Part shown: one piece after another, positions 30,245 to 39,199 of the stretch | How positions within the stretch are numbered: the stretch's first letter is position 1 | Layout: every line of letters starts with the position of its first letter | Source of the DNA: an uncultured Gammaproteobacteria bacterium | GTDB taxonomy: Bacteria > Patescibacteriota > Patescibacteriia > Patescibacteriales > UBA12465 | Assembly: GCA_964539545.1 (NCBI GenBank) | Contig: CAZIJG010000006.1 | Coordinates: 1 to 51,506 of the forward strand | Direction: 5' to 3' | DNA: 51,506 bases | Translations under genes and position numbers: made by a program | Notes under the pieces: model-generated | Database searches by the model: none | What the model saw: the letters and a program-made list of their open reading frames with translations, nothing else | Told to the model about the DNA's origin: nothing

Positions 30245-30577
30245 TTATCTTTTGGCAACCATATCATCAGCTACGGTGATATAGGTAACATCGTTAGCCA
30301 CTACTAGCTCCATCCCCAACAAACGATCTTTTAGATTATAAAGTGATTCTAAATTTGTGGCTCTAGCCTGTTTTTCTTCATTCTCTACTGAAAGGACTTT
30401 GGCTTGCACTTTTAACTCTTGCAAGCCAAAACCTTTCACGGCTAGGTTATTAATACCAGCCACATAATACACTAGGCAAATAGCCAGACTAAACCAAACT
30501 AAACGGTTGAACCAAGTCAAAGTCAACTTTTTAGTTTTAGGCACACGACAAGTTTGTTTGAAATATTTTTTTTGCAT
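30245..30577 (-). CDS. ftsL: FtsL-like cell division protein
   Basis: Basic N-terminus, TM and coiled coil; lies between rsmH and the PBP gene. Confidence 0.7.
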   Translation of the reverse strand: MQKKYFKQTCRVPKTKKLTLTWFNRLVWFSLAICLVYYVAGINNLAVKGFGLQELKVQAKVLSVENEEKQARATNLESLYNLKDRLLGMELVVANDVTYITVADDMVAKR

Positions 30578-30585
30578 GGGTAATC

Positions 30586-31533
30586 TTATATTTTTTCAAC
30601 TAGACGCAATCTCGCGCTGCGTGATCGGGGATTTACCTTAATTTCCTCTTCCGAAGCAATCAAACCTTTTTTTATTAAAATCTTTAAACTAGCTTTATGA
30701 CCACAGATACAACTAGGAGCAGCTGGGGGACAAATACAATCACGAGTTTCGTTTCTAAAATAGTTCTTTATAATTCTGTCTTCTAAACTATGAAAGGAAA
30801 CGACTGCTAATCTACCTTGGGAAATTAAAAGATCAACTGTTTGCGGTAAAACTATTTCTATATTCTTTAACTCTTCATTAGTAGCGATCCGTAAAGCTTG
30901 AAAAGTTTTAGTAGCTACATGAATATTCCTAGGCCAAAATTTCTTAGGAACAGCCTCAGAAATAATCTCCGCTAATTGAACTGCGGTCTCTATTCTGGAT
31001 TGACGACGTTTAGTTAGAATTGCTTGAACAATTCTTTTAGCAAATCTCTCCTGGCTAAAATCTTTAATAACTTCTTCTAATCTCTGGGATGACCAGCGAT
31101 TGATAATATCTCTGGTGTTATTAAAATCTGACTCTGGGCCAAAAGACATGTCTAATTGACCGGGGCTAGAAAAAGAAAATGCTCTGGATTGATCAGCTAA
31201 CTGATCAGAAGAAAGCCCTAAATCGAATACTATGCCATTAAACTTCTGTTTATTCGGGAAATGCCTACTAACAATCTCTTTTAAGTCTCGGAAATTCCCC
31301 TGCTCAAGTATTAGATTATCTATCTTTAATTCTTTTTTCTTTTTTTCTACTCTGGCTATTGCTTCAGCGTCTAAATCAATTCCTAAAACTTTACCGGTTT
31401 TACCAACTGCTTTAGCTAAAGCCAAACTATAGCCACCACCACCTAACGTACAATCAACAAATAAGTCTCCTTTCTTTGGTTGTAAATATCTTATGATTTC
31501 TTCAAGCATCACTGGCTTATGTATGGAAGCCAT
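30586..31533 (-). CDS. rsmH: 16S rRNA m4C1402 methyltransferase
   Basis: HKPVM, DCTLGGGG, FHSLEDR and NPRSRSARLR motifs. Confidence 0.97.
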   Translation of the reverse strand: MASIHKPVMLEEIIRYLQPKKGDLFVDCTLGGGGYSLALAKAVGKTGKVLGIDLDAEAIARVEKKKKELKIDNLILEQGNFRDLKEIVSRHFPNKQKFNGIVFDLGLSSDQLADQSRAFSFSSPGQLDMSFGPESDFNNTRDIINRWSSQRLEEVIKDFSQERFAKRIVQAILTKRRQSRIETAVQLAEIISEAVPKKFWPRNIHVATKTFQALRIATNEELKNIEIVLPQTVDLLISQGRLAVVSFHSLEDRIIKNYFRNETRDCICPPAAPSCICGHKASLKILIKKGLIASEEEIKVNPRSRSARLRLVEKI

Positions 31534-31539
31534 ATATTA

Positions 31540-31971
31540 TTAAATACCTAACTCAGATAATTCTTCGGCAATTGCATTGCTATTTTTCTCAGATTGCTTC
31601 TTATAAATATTCCAAGCAGTTTCATCCCAAACTTCCAAATGGTTATATAACCCCGCCACAATGACTCTTTTTTTTAGGCTGGAAAATTTACGTAAATATT
31701 CAGGTAAAGTAATTCTTCCCTGTCTATCAAACTCCACATCCATAGCTCCAGCTAACATATGTCTAGCAAAAGCTCTAGCCTTAGCTTGGCTAATAGGTAA
31801 ACTAGCAAACTTCTCTGCCATTTCTTGCCATTGTTCTCTAGAATACAAAAATAGACAGTTATCCAAACCCTTGGTAATAACTGCTCCTTTCTTCAGAGAA
31901 GAGCGAAATTTAACTGGAATAGCTAATCTCCCCTTCGTGTCTAAATTGTGATTGTATTCTCCAATAAACAT
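31540..31971 (-). CDS. mraZ: Transcriptional regulator MraZ
   Basis: MFIGEY...DTKGR and DRQGR motifs. Confidence 0.98.
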   Translation of the reverse strand: MFIGEYNHNLDTKGRLAIPVKFRSSLKKGAVITKGLDNCLFLYSREQWQEMAEKFASLPISQAKARAFARHMLAGAMDVEFDRQGRITLPEYLRKFSSLKKRVIVAGLYNHLEVWDETAWNIYKKQSEKNSNAIAEELSELGI

Positions 31972-31980
31972 ACTTGATTT

Positions 31981-32045
31981 TCACCTTAATTCACCACTAA
32001 TCACCTATATAATATTATTATACACCACTTATACCCTACCGTCAA
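31981..32045 (-). promoter_or_regulatory. mraZ promoter with 10-bp-periodic GGTG repeats (MraZ boxes)
   Basis: TTGACG-17-TATAAT; TCACC on + at 31981, 31991 and 32001, plus CACC at 32023. Confidence 0.8.
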
Positions 32046-32091
32046 CCCTATAATATCGGCTAATATCAGCTAAAAAAAGCCTATTGAGAAG

Positions 32092-32139
32092 TTATGCACA
32101 GGTGAACCTGTTAAAAAAGGCAAATAAATGTTATCCACA
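32092..32139 (+). promoter_or_regulatory. Two DnaA boxes
   Basis: TTATGCACA at 32092-32100 and TTATCCACA at 32131-32139. Confidence 0.7.
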
Positions 32140-32142
32140 AAT

Positions 32143-32170
32143 AAAAAAACATCCTAAAAAAAATAGGACG
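32143..32170 (-). terminator. Probable terminator after tsaB
   Basis: Minus RNA CGUCCUA...UAGGAUG followed by a U-run. Confidence 0.55.
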
Positions 32171-32280
32171 CTAATAACCATTGATCAGAAAAAAAAGTCG
32201 TTCATTAAATCAAATATTAATCAGCAATGCTCTCCTTTCATATATTAAAGATTGATTAAAAATCTATTATAACAGAAAAA

Positions 32281-32655
32281 TTATATATCAATTTTACTAG
32301 GACCAATATCTGGCTCTCGATCATATAGGGGTTTAACTATTTTAATATCCTGTCTATTTAACGATTGGTCATCTAAACCTTTGACAGGCAAACCTAATAT
32401 AAAGGCTAAAGTATTAGCAGTTAACACTCCTAATCTTAAACCAGTAAAACTACCGCCTACATTATTTACTTCTAAATCAGTTATTCTCCCCCAGGTCAAA
32501 CCATTATCTTTTAAAAACTTATCCATAACGATCAGCAACTTTTCTGCTTGTCGCTTATTCACTACGGCTTCTTCATGTCTAAATAATTCTTTCTGATTTT
32601 TCTTCAAAACCAAAATAATCTTTTTAGGATTGGTTGTATCTATGTATAGAGTCAT
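32281..32655 (-). CDS. tsaB: TsaB-like protein (short, N-domain only)
   Basis: LYIDT, AEKLL and GSFTGLRLGV motifs; only 124 aa. Confidence 0.85.
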   Translation of the reverse strand: MTLYIDTTNPKKIILVLKKNQKELFRHEEAVVNKRQAEKLLIVMDKFLKDNGLTWGRITDLEVNNVGGSFTGLRLGVLTANTLAFILGLPVKGLDDQSLNRQDIKIVKPLYDREPDIGPSKIDI

Positions 32656-33583
32656 AATTTTTAAAAATACTTTCGATATCTTTTAAAGTTTCTACCTTAA
32701 CTAATGCTTGCCTCACTTCTCTAGCTCCAGGTTGCCCTTGAATATACCAAGACAAATGTTTTCTCATCTCTTTGGGACCAAAATCTTTTTTATATTTGCA
32801 AGCTAACTTAGAATGCTCCAAGGCCACTTTAACAATATCATTAAAATCATAATTAGATTCTTTGCCTTTAATCTCCTGGAATATCCAAGGCTTACCCATG
32901 GCTCCTCTAGCAATTCCTAGACCGTCAACATTTGTTAATTTTAAAGTCTTACGAGCTTGTTTTAAATCATTAATTCCTCCGTTAGCTAAGACTACACCAG
33001 GAAATTTTTCTTTAACTTGTCTGATTACTTCATACTCTATTTCACCTACAAATCCTTGGGTCAAACTACGACCATGAATCATAATAGCTTTTACATCCAG
33101 ATCGCTAATATAGTCTATAAAATCTAGAATCGTTACATCACCAACTTTTATTCTAGTTTTTATTGATACTGGCAAGCTAGTTGATTCAATAGTGGCTTTA
33201 ATAATCTCTCTAGCCTGTTTCTTGTCCTCCATTAATACTGCCCCTGCCCCCTGCTTCAAAACCTTATTAGCTGGACAACCAAAATTAATATCAATACCCT
33301 GAGGTTTAATTTCTTTTTCTATTATCTGAGCGGCCACTTTAAAGTGTTCTGGATGATGACCGAATAACTGCACCACATACGGTTGCTTAATTTTTCTATG
33401 GGCTAACATCTTTAAAGTTTTTCCTGGATTTCTAGTTAGAGCTGTAGCACTAGCCATCTCACTATATAAAACATCGGCGCCAAATTTGGCGCAAATTTCT
33501 CTAAAAGCTATATCATTTATACCGGCCATCGGGGCTAAAGCAATAATCGGTTTCTCTAGCTTGGCCCAAAAATTCTTTGCCAT
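32624..33583 (-). CDS. dusB: tRNA-dihydrouridine synthase
   Basis: LAPMAG, DINFGCP, HGR, ANGG, ARGAMGKPWIF and MRKHLSWY motifs. Confidence 0.93.
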   Translation of the reverse strand: MAKNFWAKLEKPIIALAPMAGINDIAFREICAKFGADVLYSEMASATALTRNPGKTLKMLAHRKIKQPYVVQLFGHHPEHFKVAAQIIEKEIKPQGIDINFGCPANKVLKQGAGAVLMEDKKQAREIIKATIESTSLPVSIKTRIKVGDVTILDFIDYISDLDVKAIMIHGRSLTQGFVGEIEYEVIRQVKEKFPGVVLANGGINDLKQARKTLKLTNVDGLGIARGAMGKPWIFQEIKGKESNYDFNDIVKVALEHSKLACKYKKDFGPKEMRKHLSWYIQGQPGAREVRQALVKVETLKDIESIFKNYDSIHRYNQS

Positions 33584-33585
33584 AA

Positions 33586-34971
33586 TTAACTTCTTAAAAT
33601 TCTAGTTCCCTCTGACGAATCCGCTACTTTATATCCTAAACCTTCTATTTTCACTCTAAGATCATCTGCTCTAGAAAAATCTTTTACTTGTCTAGCTTCA
33701 TCCCTGGTCTTAGCTAAGGTTAACACTGGCTGAGGAGCTTGCCAAGATAACTGTTCTTTAAAATTTAAAGCTAACACTCTATCAAAGTCTAAAGCGGTAG
33801 CTACTCTGTCCTCGGTTTTAATAGTATTGTCCTTTAGCATCTGCTGAGTTATAGCTAAAGCTTGAGGCATATTTAAATCATCGTTTATTGCTGTAATAAA
33901 CCTTTGTCTATATTTCTGGTTAATCTTACCTACTTTCTCCCCCAGCTCTTCTAGACGCCCATACAGGGACTTCAGAGCCTGGTCAGCGTTCAGAATAGTC
34001 TCAGCGCTATATTCCATTGGCTTATGATAATGAACTTGCAAAGCGGCTAATCTAAAAGCTAATGGGCTAATCTTTCTATCTAGTAATTCAGATTTTAAAG
34101 TTAAAAAATTTCCTTCGCTCTTAGCCATTTTCTTGCCTCCGGAAATTATTAAAAAAGCTCCATGTAACCAATAATTGAAAAATTTTCTTCCAGTAGCTGC
34201 TTCCGACTGAGCAATCTCATTCGTATGATGAACATTAATATGATCAACACCACCACAATGTATATCCAATTGTTTACCTAGACCTTTCAAGCTCATAGCG
34301 CTACATTCAGTATGCCAACCAGGAAAGCCAATCCCCCAGGGAGATTTCCATTCCATCTGTCTCTGTTCATTTTCAGGAGAAAACTTCCAAAGGGCAAAAT
34401 CTGCCAAGTTACGCTTTTCATCATTTTTCTCTACTCTAGCCCCCTCTTGTAGAGACTTAAGATCTTGATGGCTTAATTTAGTATAACCACCAAACTTAAC
34501 TGTATTGAAATATATACCATCTGAAGTTTTATAGGTATACCCTTTCTTTTCTAAAGTTTTAATTAATTTAATTTGCTCTCTTATTGTTTCCGTAGCCTTA
34601 TACCATTTACTTGGTGCTAAAATATTTAAATTTTCTAAATCTTTTTTAAAAGCTGCTAAATAAAAATTGGCAATTTCCCAAGCAGTTTTATTTTCTCTCT
34701 TAGCCCCTAGCTCCAACTTGTCTTCCCCCATATCTCTATCTCCAGTTAGATGTCCTACATCTGTAATGTTCATAATATGTTTAACTTTATAATCATTGAA
34801 CAATAAAACACGTTTTAAAAAGTCTTCAAACAAATATGTACGTAAATTACCTAAGTGAGCATAGTTATATACTGTAGGACCACAAGTGTACAAGCCAATC
34901 TGACCTTTCTTGATTGGTTTAAACTCTTCTTTCTCTCGACTGAGAGTATTGTATAAAAAAATTGTGCTCAT
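33586..34971 (-). CDS. cysS: Cysteine-tRNA ligase
   Basis: YTCGPTVY, HLGN, DFALWK, PGWHTECSAM and KMAKS motifs. Confidence 0.98.
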   Translation of the reverse strand: MSTIFLYNTLSREKEEFKPIKKGQIGLYTCGPTVYNYAHLGNLRTYLFEDFLKRVLLFNDYKVKHIMNITDVGHLTGDRDMGEDKLELGAKRENKTAWEIANFYLAAFKKDLENLNILAPSKWYKATETIREQIKLIKTLEKKGYTYKTSDGIYFNTVKFGGYTKLSHQDLKSLQEGARVEKNDEKRNLADFALWKFSPENEQRQMEWKSPWGIGFPGWHTECSAMSLKGLGKQLDIHCGGVDHINVHHTNEIAQSEAATGRKFFNYWLHGAFLIISGGKKMAKSEGNFLTLKSELLDRKISPLAFRLAALQVHYHKPMEYSAETILNADQALKSLYGRLEELGEKVGKINQKYRQRFITAINDDLNMPQALAITQQMLKDNTIKTEDRVATALDFDRVLALNFKEQLSWQAPQPVLTLAKTRDEARQVKDFSRADDLRVKIEGLGYKVADSSEGTRILRS

Positions 34972-35783
34972 AAAATTAATCTTTTCATTTCCATTAATGA
35001 TTCTTGGAATCTATTTAAATTATCCTGTAGAGCCGAATTGACAGACTCGGGTAATAAATCTTCTCGCTGATTTTCTAAAGAATCAACAAACTTATTCATA
35101 ATGCTCTGTTCTGATTCAGATAAATCATCCTTATCCTTATCCAATGACACCAGCAACGACTGTAATTCTTGCTTACTTAGAGAAAGATAGAAAGCTGGTA
35201 AATTATTCAACGATTTAACACCTAATTCATTCTCCTGATTAAATCCTAAGCCATACTTCAAGCTAGCCCCACCCCTGGCCATTATCTTCTTTATTTTATC
35301 CGACTTCTTCTCCGCTCCATCATCTCCCTCATGGCCAATTACTTCATCAAAACCGCAAATTACTGCTCCAGTTTCTTTGTCTACAATAACATTATCTACG
35401 CCATTTCTATAATCATCATAATTAGAAGCTCTGACCACAACAAAACGAGAACCAATCGCTTTATCCAATAACACAGTTACTGCCATCTCTGTAATATTTG
35501 CAGCATTTTTCTCTTTTTTACTCTTCCATTCGCCTACACTTTCATGCATTTGTTCTGCCCAAATTTTTTCCTGTTTTTCCACCCAACGACTATCCTCAAC
35601 TGCGTCTTGCCCAGAAATACCAATAATGCCATCCTCGGCTACAAAATCACCGTATTCCTCGTTTAATCTTAACGACAAACCAGCCAATTTCTTATCTAAA
35701 TTTGGTTTATATGTTTCTGGTTTTGGGTCTTTTTTATATTTATCAAATTGAGTTAAATCAATTTGATCTAAGATTTTTATCAT
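34968..35783 (-). CDS. Hypothetical protein (possible PD-(D/E)XK-like fold)
   Basis: 271 aa; E...DDYRNGVD...GFD acidic motifs; ATGA overlap with cysS. Confidence 0.7.
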   Translation of the reverse strand: MIKILDQIDLTQFDKYKKDPKPETYKPNLDKKLAGLSLRLNEEYGDFVAEDGIIGISGQDAVEDSRWVEKQEKIWAEQMHESVGEWKSKKEKNAANITEMAVTVLLDKAIGSRFVVVRASNYDDYRNGVDNVIVDKETGAVICGFDEVIGHEGDDGAEKKSDKIKKIMARGGASLKYGLGFNQENELGVKSLNNLPAFYLSLSKQELQSLLVSLDKDKDDLSESEQSIMNKFVDSLENQREDLLPESVNSALQDNLNRFQESLMEMKRLIL

Positions 35784-35820
35784 ATATTAAATTTTAGCAT
35801 GCACCCTTTAAAAAGCAAAG

Positions 35821-35847
35821 AAAAAAGATCGTAAAAATACGATCTTT
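35821..35847 (-). terminator. Intrinsic terminator
   Basis: AAAGATCGTA-aaaa-TACGATCTTT. Confidence 0.75.
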
Positions 35848-35856
35848 ATAGTCTGC

Positions 35857-36060
35857 TCACGCAGCCGAATAACCAAAAACTGAAATCAGGCAGGACCCTA
35901 AAATATGTGCAAAAATACATATGGCAGATCCTCCTATGGCTATGGGTAAAATAACTGGCAACACAAATATCGCCTGTCCTTTAACCAAATCTTTACCCCA
36001 AAACATGTTTAAGTCTTGCGCCAGGTAACTAGAATGTTCAGAAAAATTTTGATGTGCCAT
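35857..36060 (-). CDS. Small hydrophobic hypothetical protein
   Basis: 67 aa with hydrophobic C-half; flanked by promoter TTGACT-17-TATATT (36115-36087) and a terminator. Confidence 0.55.
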   Translation of the reverse strand: MAHQNFSEHSSYLAQDLNMFWGKDLVKGQAIFVLPVILPIAIGGSAICIFAHILGSCLISVFGYSAA

Positions 36061-36133
36061 GATATCTAATTTTAAAACAACTATGTAATATAATATAAAA
36101 ATCTAAAAAAGTCAATGTTTACAAATAATGTCG

Positions 36134-37408
36134 CTATAGTTTGAGTTCAGTTTCTTCACCACTAGACATATCCTTTATTTTATATATCTCCTGTTCTTTT
36201 TCTTGGCCAGCAAATATTACAACTTTATTGAATCCTTTACGGTTAGCATATTCTAAAGCTTTATTTAATTTTTGCGCTTCTAATCCAGCTTCCACAGAAA
36301 GTCCATTCCCTCTCAATTTACCAGACAATTTTTTATACTCCAAAGTTAAACTCTCATCCAATAATGGTAAATAGTATCTTTCGGTCTTTTTTATTTTATC
36401 TAAGAGGCCCCAACTCTCTAAAAAAAGTTTAGTAGTTTCATCTCCGGGAGCAAAACCTACGGCCGGAAAACTAGTTTTACCAAAAATTTCAGCCAAACCA
36501 TTATACCTACCTCCGCCAAACATAGCCCGAAGATTATCTGGGTGTTTATCAAAAATTTCAAAAACTATACCATCATAATAATCAAATCCTCTGATCAAGT
36601 CAGCTTTAAAATTAACATATTCTCCATAACCCAACTCTCTCAGCGTAACTGTTGCTTCTACAATTTCTTTAAATCCTTCACTATCCTTCAACTTAGGAAT
36701 AGCCTCACCTAATTCTACCTCAGTTTTACTCTTCATGAACTTTTCTAATAAAACAAAACTGTCTCTAGAAACTTCAATCTCTGCAAAGGCTGACTCTAAG
36801 TCTTTAGGGTCTAGCTTATTCCATTTATCCATCAACCTAATAGTATCTAATTTTCTGTCGTCAGCTATACCGGATAAGGCTAGCAAATCATTGATTAACT
36901 TACGATTATTAATATACAAACAAAAAGAATCTTTAGGAGGATTAAAAGCTAACATAATATCCAGGGCAATCTGCATTACTTCAATATCTGCGGCTAATGA
37001 ATCGGTGCCAAAAGTGTCGCAATTAAGTTGCCAAAATTCACGATTTCTTCCTCTCTGAGGTTTTTCATTTCTAATAAAATTGGCGATTGAGAATAACTTC
37101 AATGGTTTAGGAGCTTGATCATAAATACGAGTAACTAATCTAGTCACACTAGGAGTCATTTCTGGGCGAAGAGCGAATTCTCTACCAGCTCTATCTGTGA
37201 TTGTCATCAACTCTTTACCTCCCACTTCATCACCTGATTTAGCTCGATAAAGCTCAGCACTTTCAAAAACTGGGGTTAAATATTGCTCAAAACCATAGAG
37301 TTCACAAACTCTTTTCCAAGTATCAAAAATATATTGCCTAACATTAAATTCGTCAGGCAACCAATCACTAGTGCCCTTAGGCGGTTGGTTGGAAATTATT
37401 TTTATCAT
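36134..37408 (-). CDS. hisS: Histidine-tRNA ligase
   Basis: PKGTSD, LRPEMT, RNEKPQRGRNREF, RGFDYYDG and GGGRY. Start moved to MIKII. Confidence 0.97.
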   Translation of the reverse strand: MIKIISNQPPKGTSDWLPDEFNVRQYIFDTWKRVCELYGFEQYLTPVFESAELYRAKSGDEVGGKELMTITDRAGREFALRPEMTPSVTRLVTRIYDQAPKPLKLFSIANFIRNEKPQRGRNREFWQLNCDTFGTDSLAADIEVMQIALDIMLAFNPPKDSFCLYINNRKLINDLLALSGIADDRKLDTIRLMDKWNKLDPKDLESAFAEIEVSRDSFVLLEKFMKSKTEVELGEAIPKLKDSEGFKEIVEATVTLRELGYGEYVNFKADLIRGFDYYDGIVFEIFDKHPDNLRAMFGGGRYNGLAEIFGKTSFPAVGFAPGDETTKLFLESWGLLDKIKKTERYYLPLLDESLTLEYKKLSGKLRGNGLSVEAGLEAQKLNKALEYANRKGFNKVVIFAGQEKEQEIYKIKDMSSGEETELKL

Positions 37409-37504
37409 AATAGTTATTAGTATAGCGCTAAAATTATTTTTTTTCAATAAAAAAACCCCATTTCTAAGAACAGGGTATATTTTACACTTTTTTCAAATTT
37501 CATC

Positions 37505-38353
37505 TTACATTCCCCATGGTAAATCATCATATAACTGATGAAAATTACGTATTGAAATTCTTTCTTTACCGTCAGCACTTATTGCTGATATCACCTCTGT
37601 TCCTGCCGGAAGATCTATAGCTACCAGATAACCATGAGAAAATTTTTCCCAAACCATATCAAACGAGCAACGTTTCCAGGTGACATCTTTGTACATTACT
37701 GGGATATTATTATCTTCAGCAAATAACAACCAACCAAGAAGATCAGGGATAATGTGACAAGGATAATGATATTCATCAATAACACCAATTACTGTAATCT
37801 TCAATTCTTTTACTAAAACTGGCCTAACTGCAACCTTAGCTTTTCTTATAGGATCTTGTAATTCTACATAACCATTGATACATCTAAGAAAAAAACTGTG
37901 GAACGGTAAATTTGTACTTAAATCTGGAGTGTATCCTTCTTTAAATATATGAACTACCGGTTCCGTGCCATAGGTCATGGATCTATGCCATTTCCCTTGG
38001 GTATCCATTACTTTAACACCGCCTTCATCAAACTGAAGAAATTCATATACCATCGTACAGTTGGGAAGTAAACATTCCCGCCCCATAATACTTAATTGAA
38101 TATTAGCATAACGACGCACTTGTTGATCAAGATCTTTTTTAGTGATTTTTAACCTGTCAAATAGCAGTATAGACTCACTGGTGTCCTGACGAATGCTATC
38201 AAAAACAGCCTCTTGGTCTGCTGACCATTCATTGCAGGTTCTTTCCATACCTAAAGTGGCGTCTGTTTTTCCGCTTCTACTGGACAAATAAATGATTCCG
38301 AAAATTAAGAATGCGACAAGCGCAATTACCGAATACAAAAGAATTTTTTTCAT
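37505..38353 (-). CDS. Hypothetical membrane-anchored or secreted protein
   Basis: MKKILLY signal/TM; promoter TTGACA-18-TATGAT at 38431-38402; hairpin near 37450-37482. Confidence 0.7.
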   Translation of the reverse strand: MKKILLYSVIALVAFLIFGIIYLSSRSGKTDATLGMERTCNEWSADQEAVFDSIRQDTSESILLFDRLKITKKDLDQQVRRYANIQLSIMGRECLLPNCTMVYEFLQFDEGGVKVMDTQGKWHRSMTYGTEPVVHIFKEGYTPDLSTNLPFHSFFLRCINGYVELQDPIRKAKVAVRPVLVKELKITVIGVIDEYHYPCHIIPDLLGWLLFAEDNNIPVMYKDVTWKRCSFDMVWEKFSHGYLVAIDLPAGTEVISAISADGKERISIRNFHQLYDDLPWGM

Positions 38354-38439
38354 TGGAAATAATTTTAAGTGAAATTTAATTTTAAAAAACAATATTGAAA
38401 TATCATACTATAAAAGATTTATTTTTGTCAACAATAATG

Positions 38440-38461
38440 TTAATCTTTTTTTAATCTTTTC
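38440..38461 (+). repeat. 11-bp tandem repeat upstream of the response regulator
   Basis: TTAATCTTTTT followed by TTAATCTTTTC. Confidence 0.45.
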
Positions 38462-38524
38462 TTTAGGTTTAATTAACTAGGAAAAAGTTAAAATTAAACT
38501 AAATTTATAATTAATGCTTAAACT

Positions 38525-39199
38525 ATGAAAATCTTAATTATCGAAGACGATAAAGAAATCTTAAAATTTCTTAAAAGTGGTTTAGAATCTGAATTCTTTA
38601 TAATTGATACTGCTACCGACGGAGAACAGGGTTCTTTTACGGCCAGAACTAACCCCTACGATGTAATTATTTTAGATTTCATGTTACCTAAACTAAACGG
38701 ATTAGAAGTCTGCACAGAAATCCGCGAAGACAAAATTGATACCCCTATTATTATGCTATCTGTAAAAAACGATTTTAAGACTAAAAATGAAATGTTCAAA
38801 GCAGGAATAGATGATTATTTAACTAAACCATTTGTTTTTGAAGAATTATTAATGCGACTAAAAGCCATAGGCAAACGACCACCTATTAGACTGCCCGACT
38901 TACTAATGTTGGATGATCTTAAATTAAACACCGACAGCCAAGAAGTTTCTCGGGGTAAACAAAAAATATATTTAACTCGTAAAGAATACTGCTTATTAAA
39001 ATATTTTTTGCAAAATAATAATAGAGTTTTATCTCGTGGTTTAATTTTAGAAAATGTCTGGGACATTAATGCTGATCCTTTTTCTAATACCATTGAATCT
39101 CATGTTTTGAATTTAAGAAGGAAAATAGAAAAACCGGGAAAACGAAAGTTAATTCATACTCTTCCCGGCCGTGGTTATAAGATGGCGCTTAATCAATAA
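38525..39199 (+). CDS. OmpR/PhoB-family response regulator (orphan)
   Basis: IIEDD, LDFMLP, DDYLTKPF and wHTH LRRKI...GRGY. Confidence 0.95.
   Translation: MKILIIEDDKEILKFLKSGLESEFFIIDTATDGEQGSFTARTNPYDVIILDFMLPKLNGLEVCTEIREDKIDTPIIMLSVKNDFKTKNEMFKAGIDDYLTKPFVFEELLMRLKAIGKRPPIRLPDLLMLDDLKLNTDSQEVSRGKQKIYLTRKEYCLLKYFLQNNNRVLSRGLILENVWDINADPFSNTIESHVLNLRRKIEKPGKRKLIHTLPGRGYKMALNQ

Noticed and set aside
32046-32280. Possible oriC
   Set aside because: Only two clear DnaA boxes, no dnaA or dnaN nearby, and gene orientation does not switch here.
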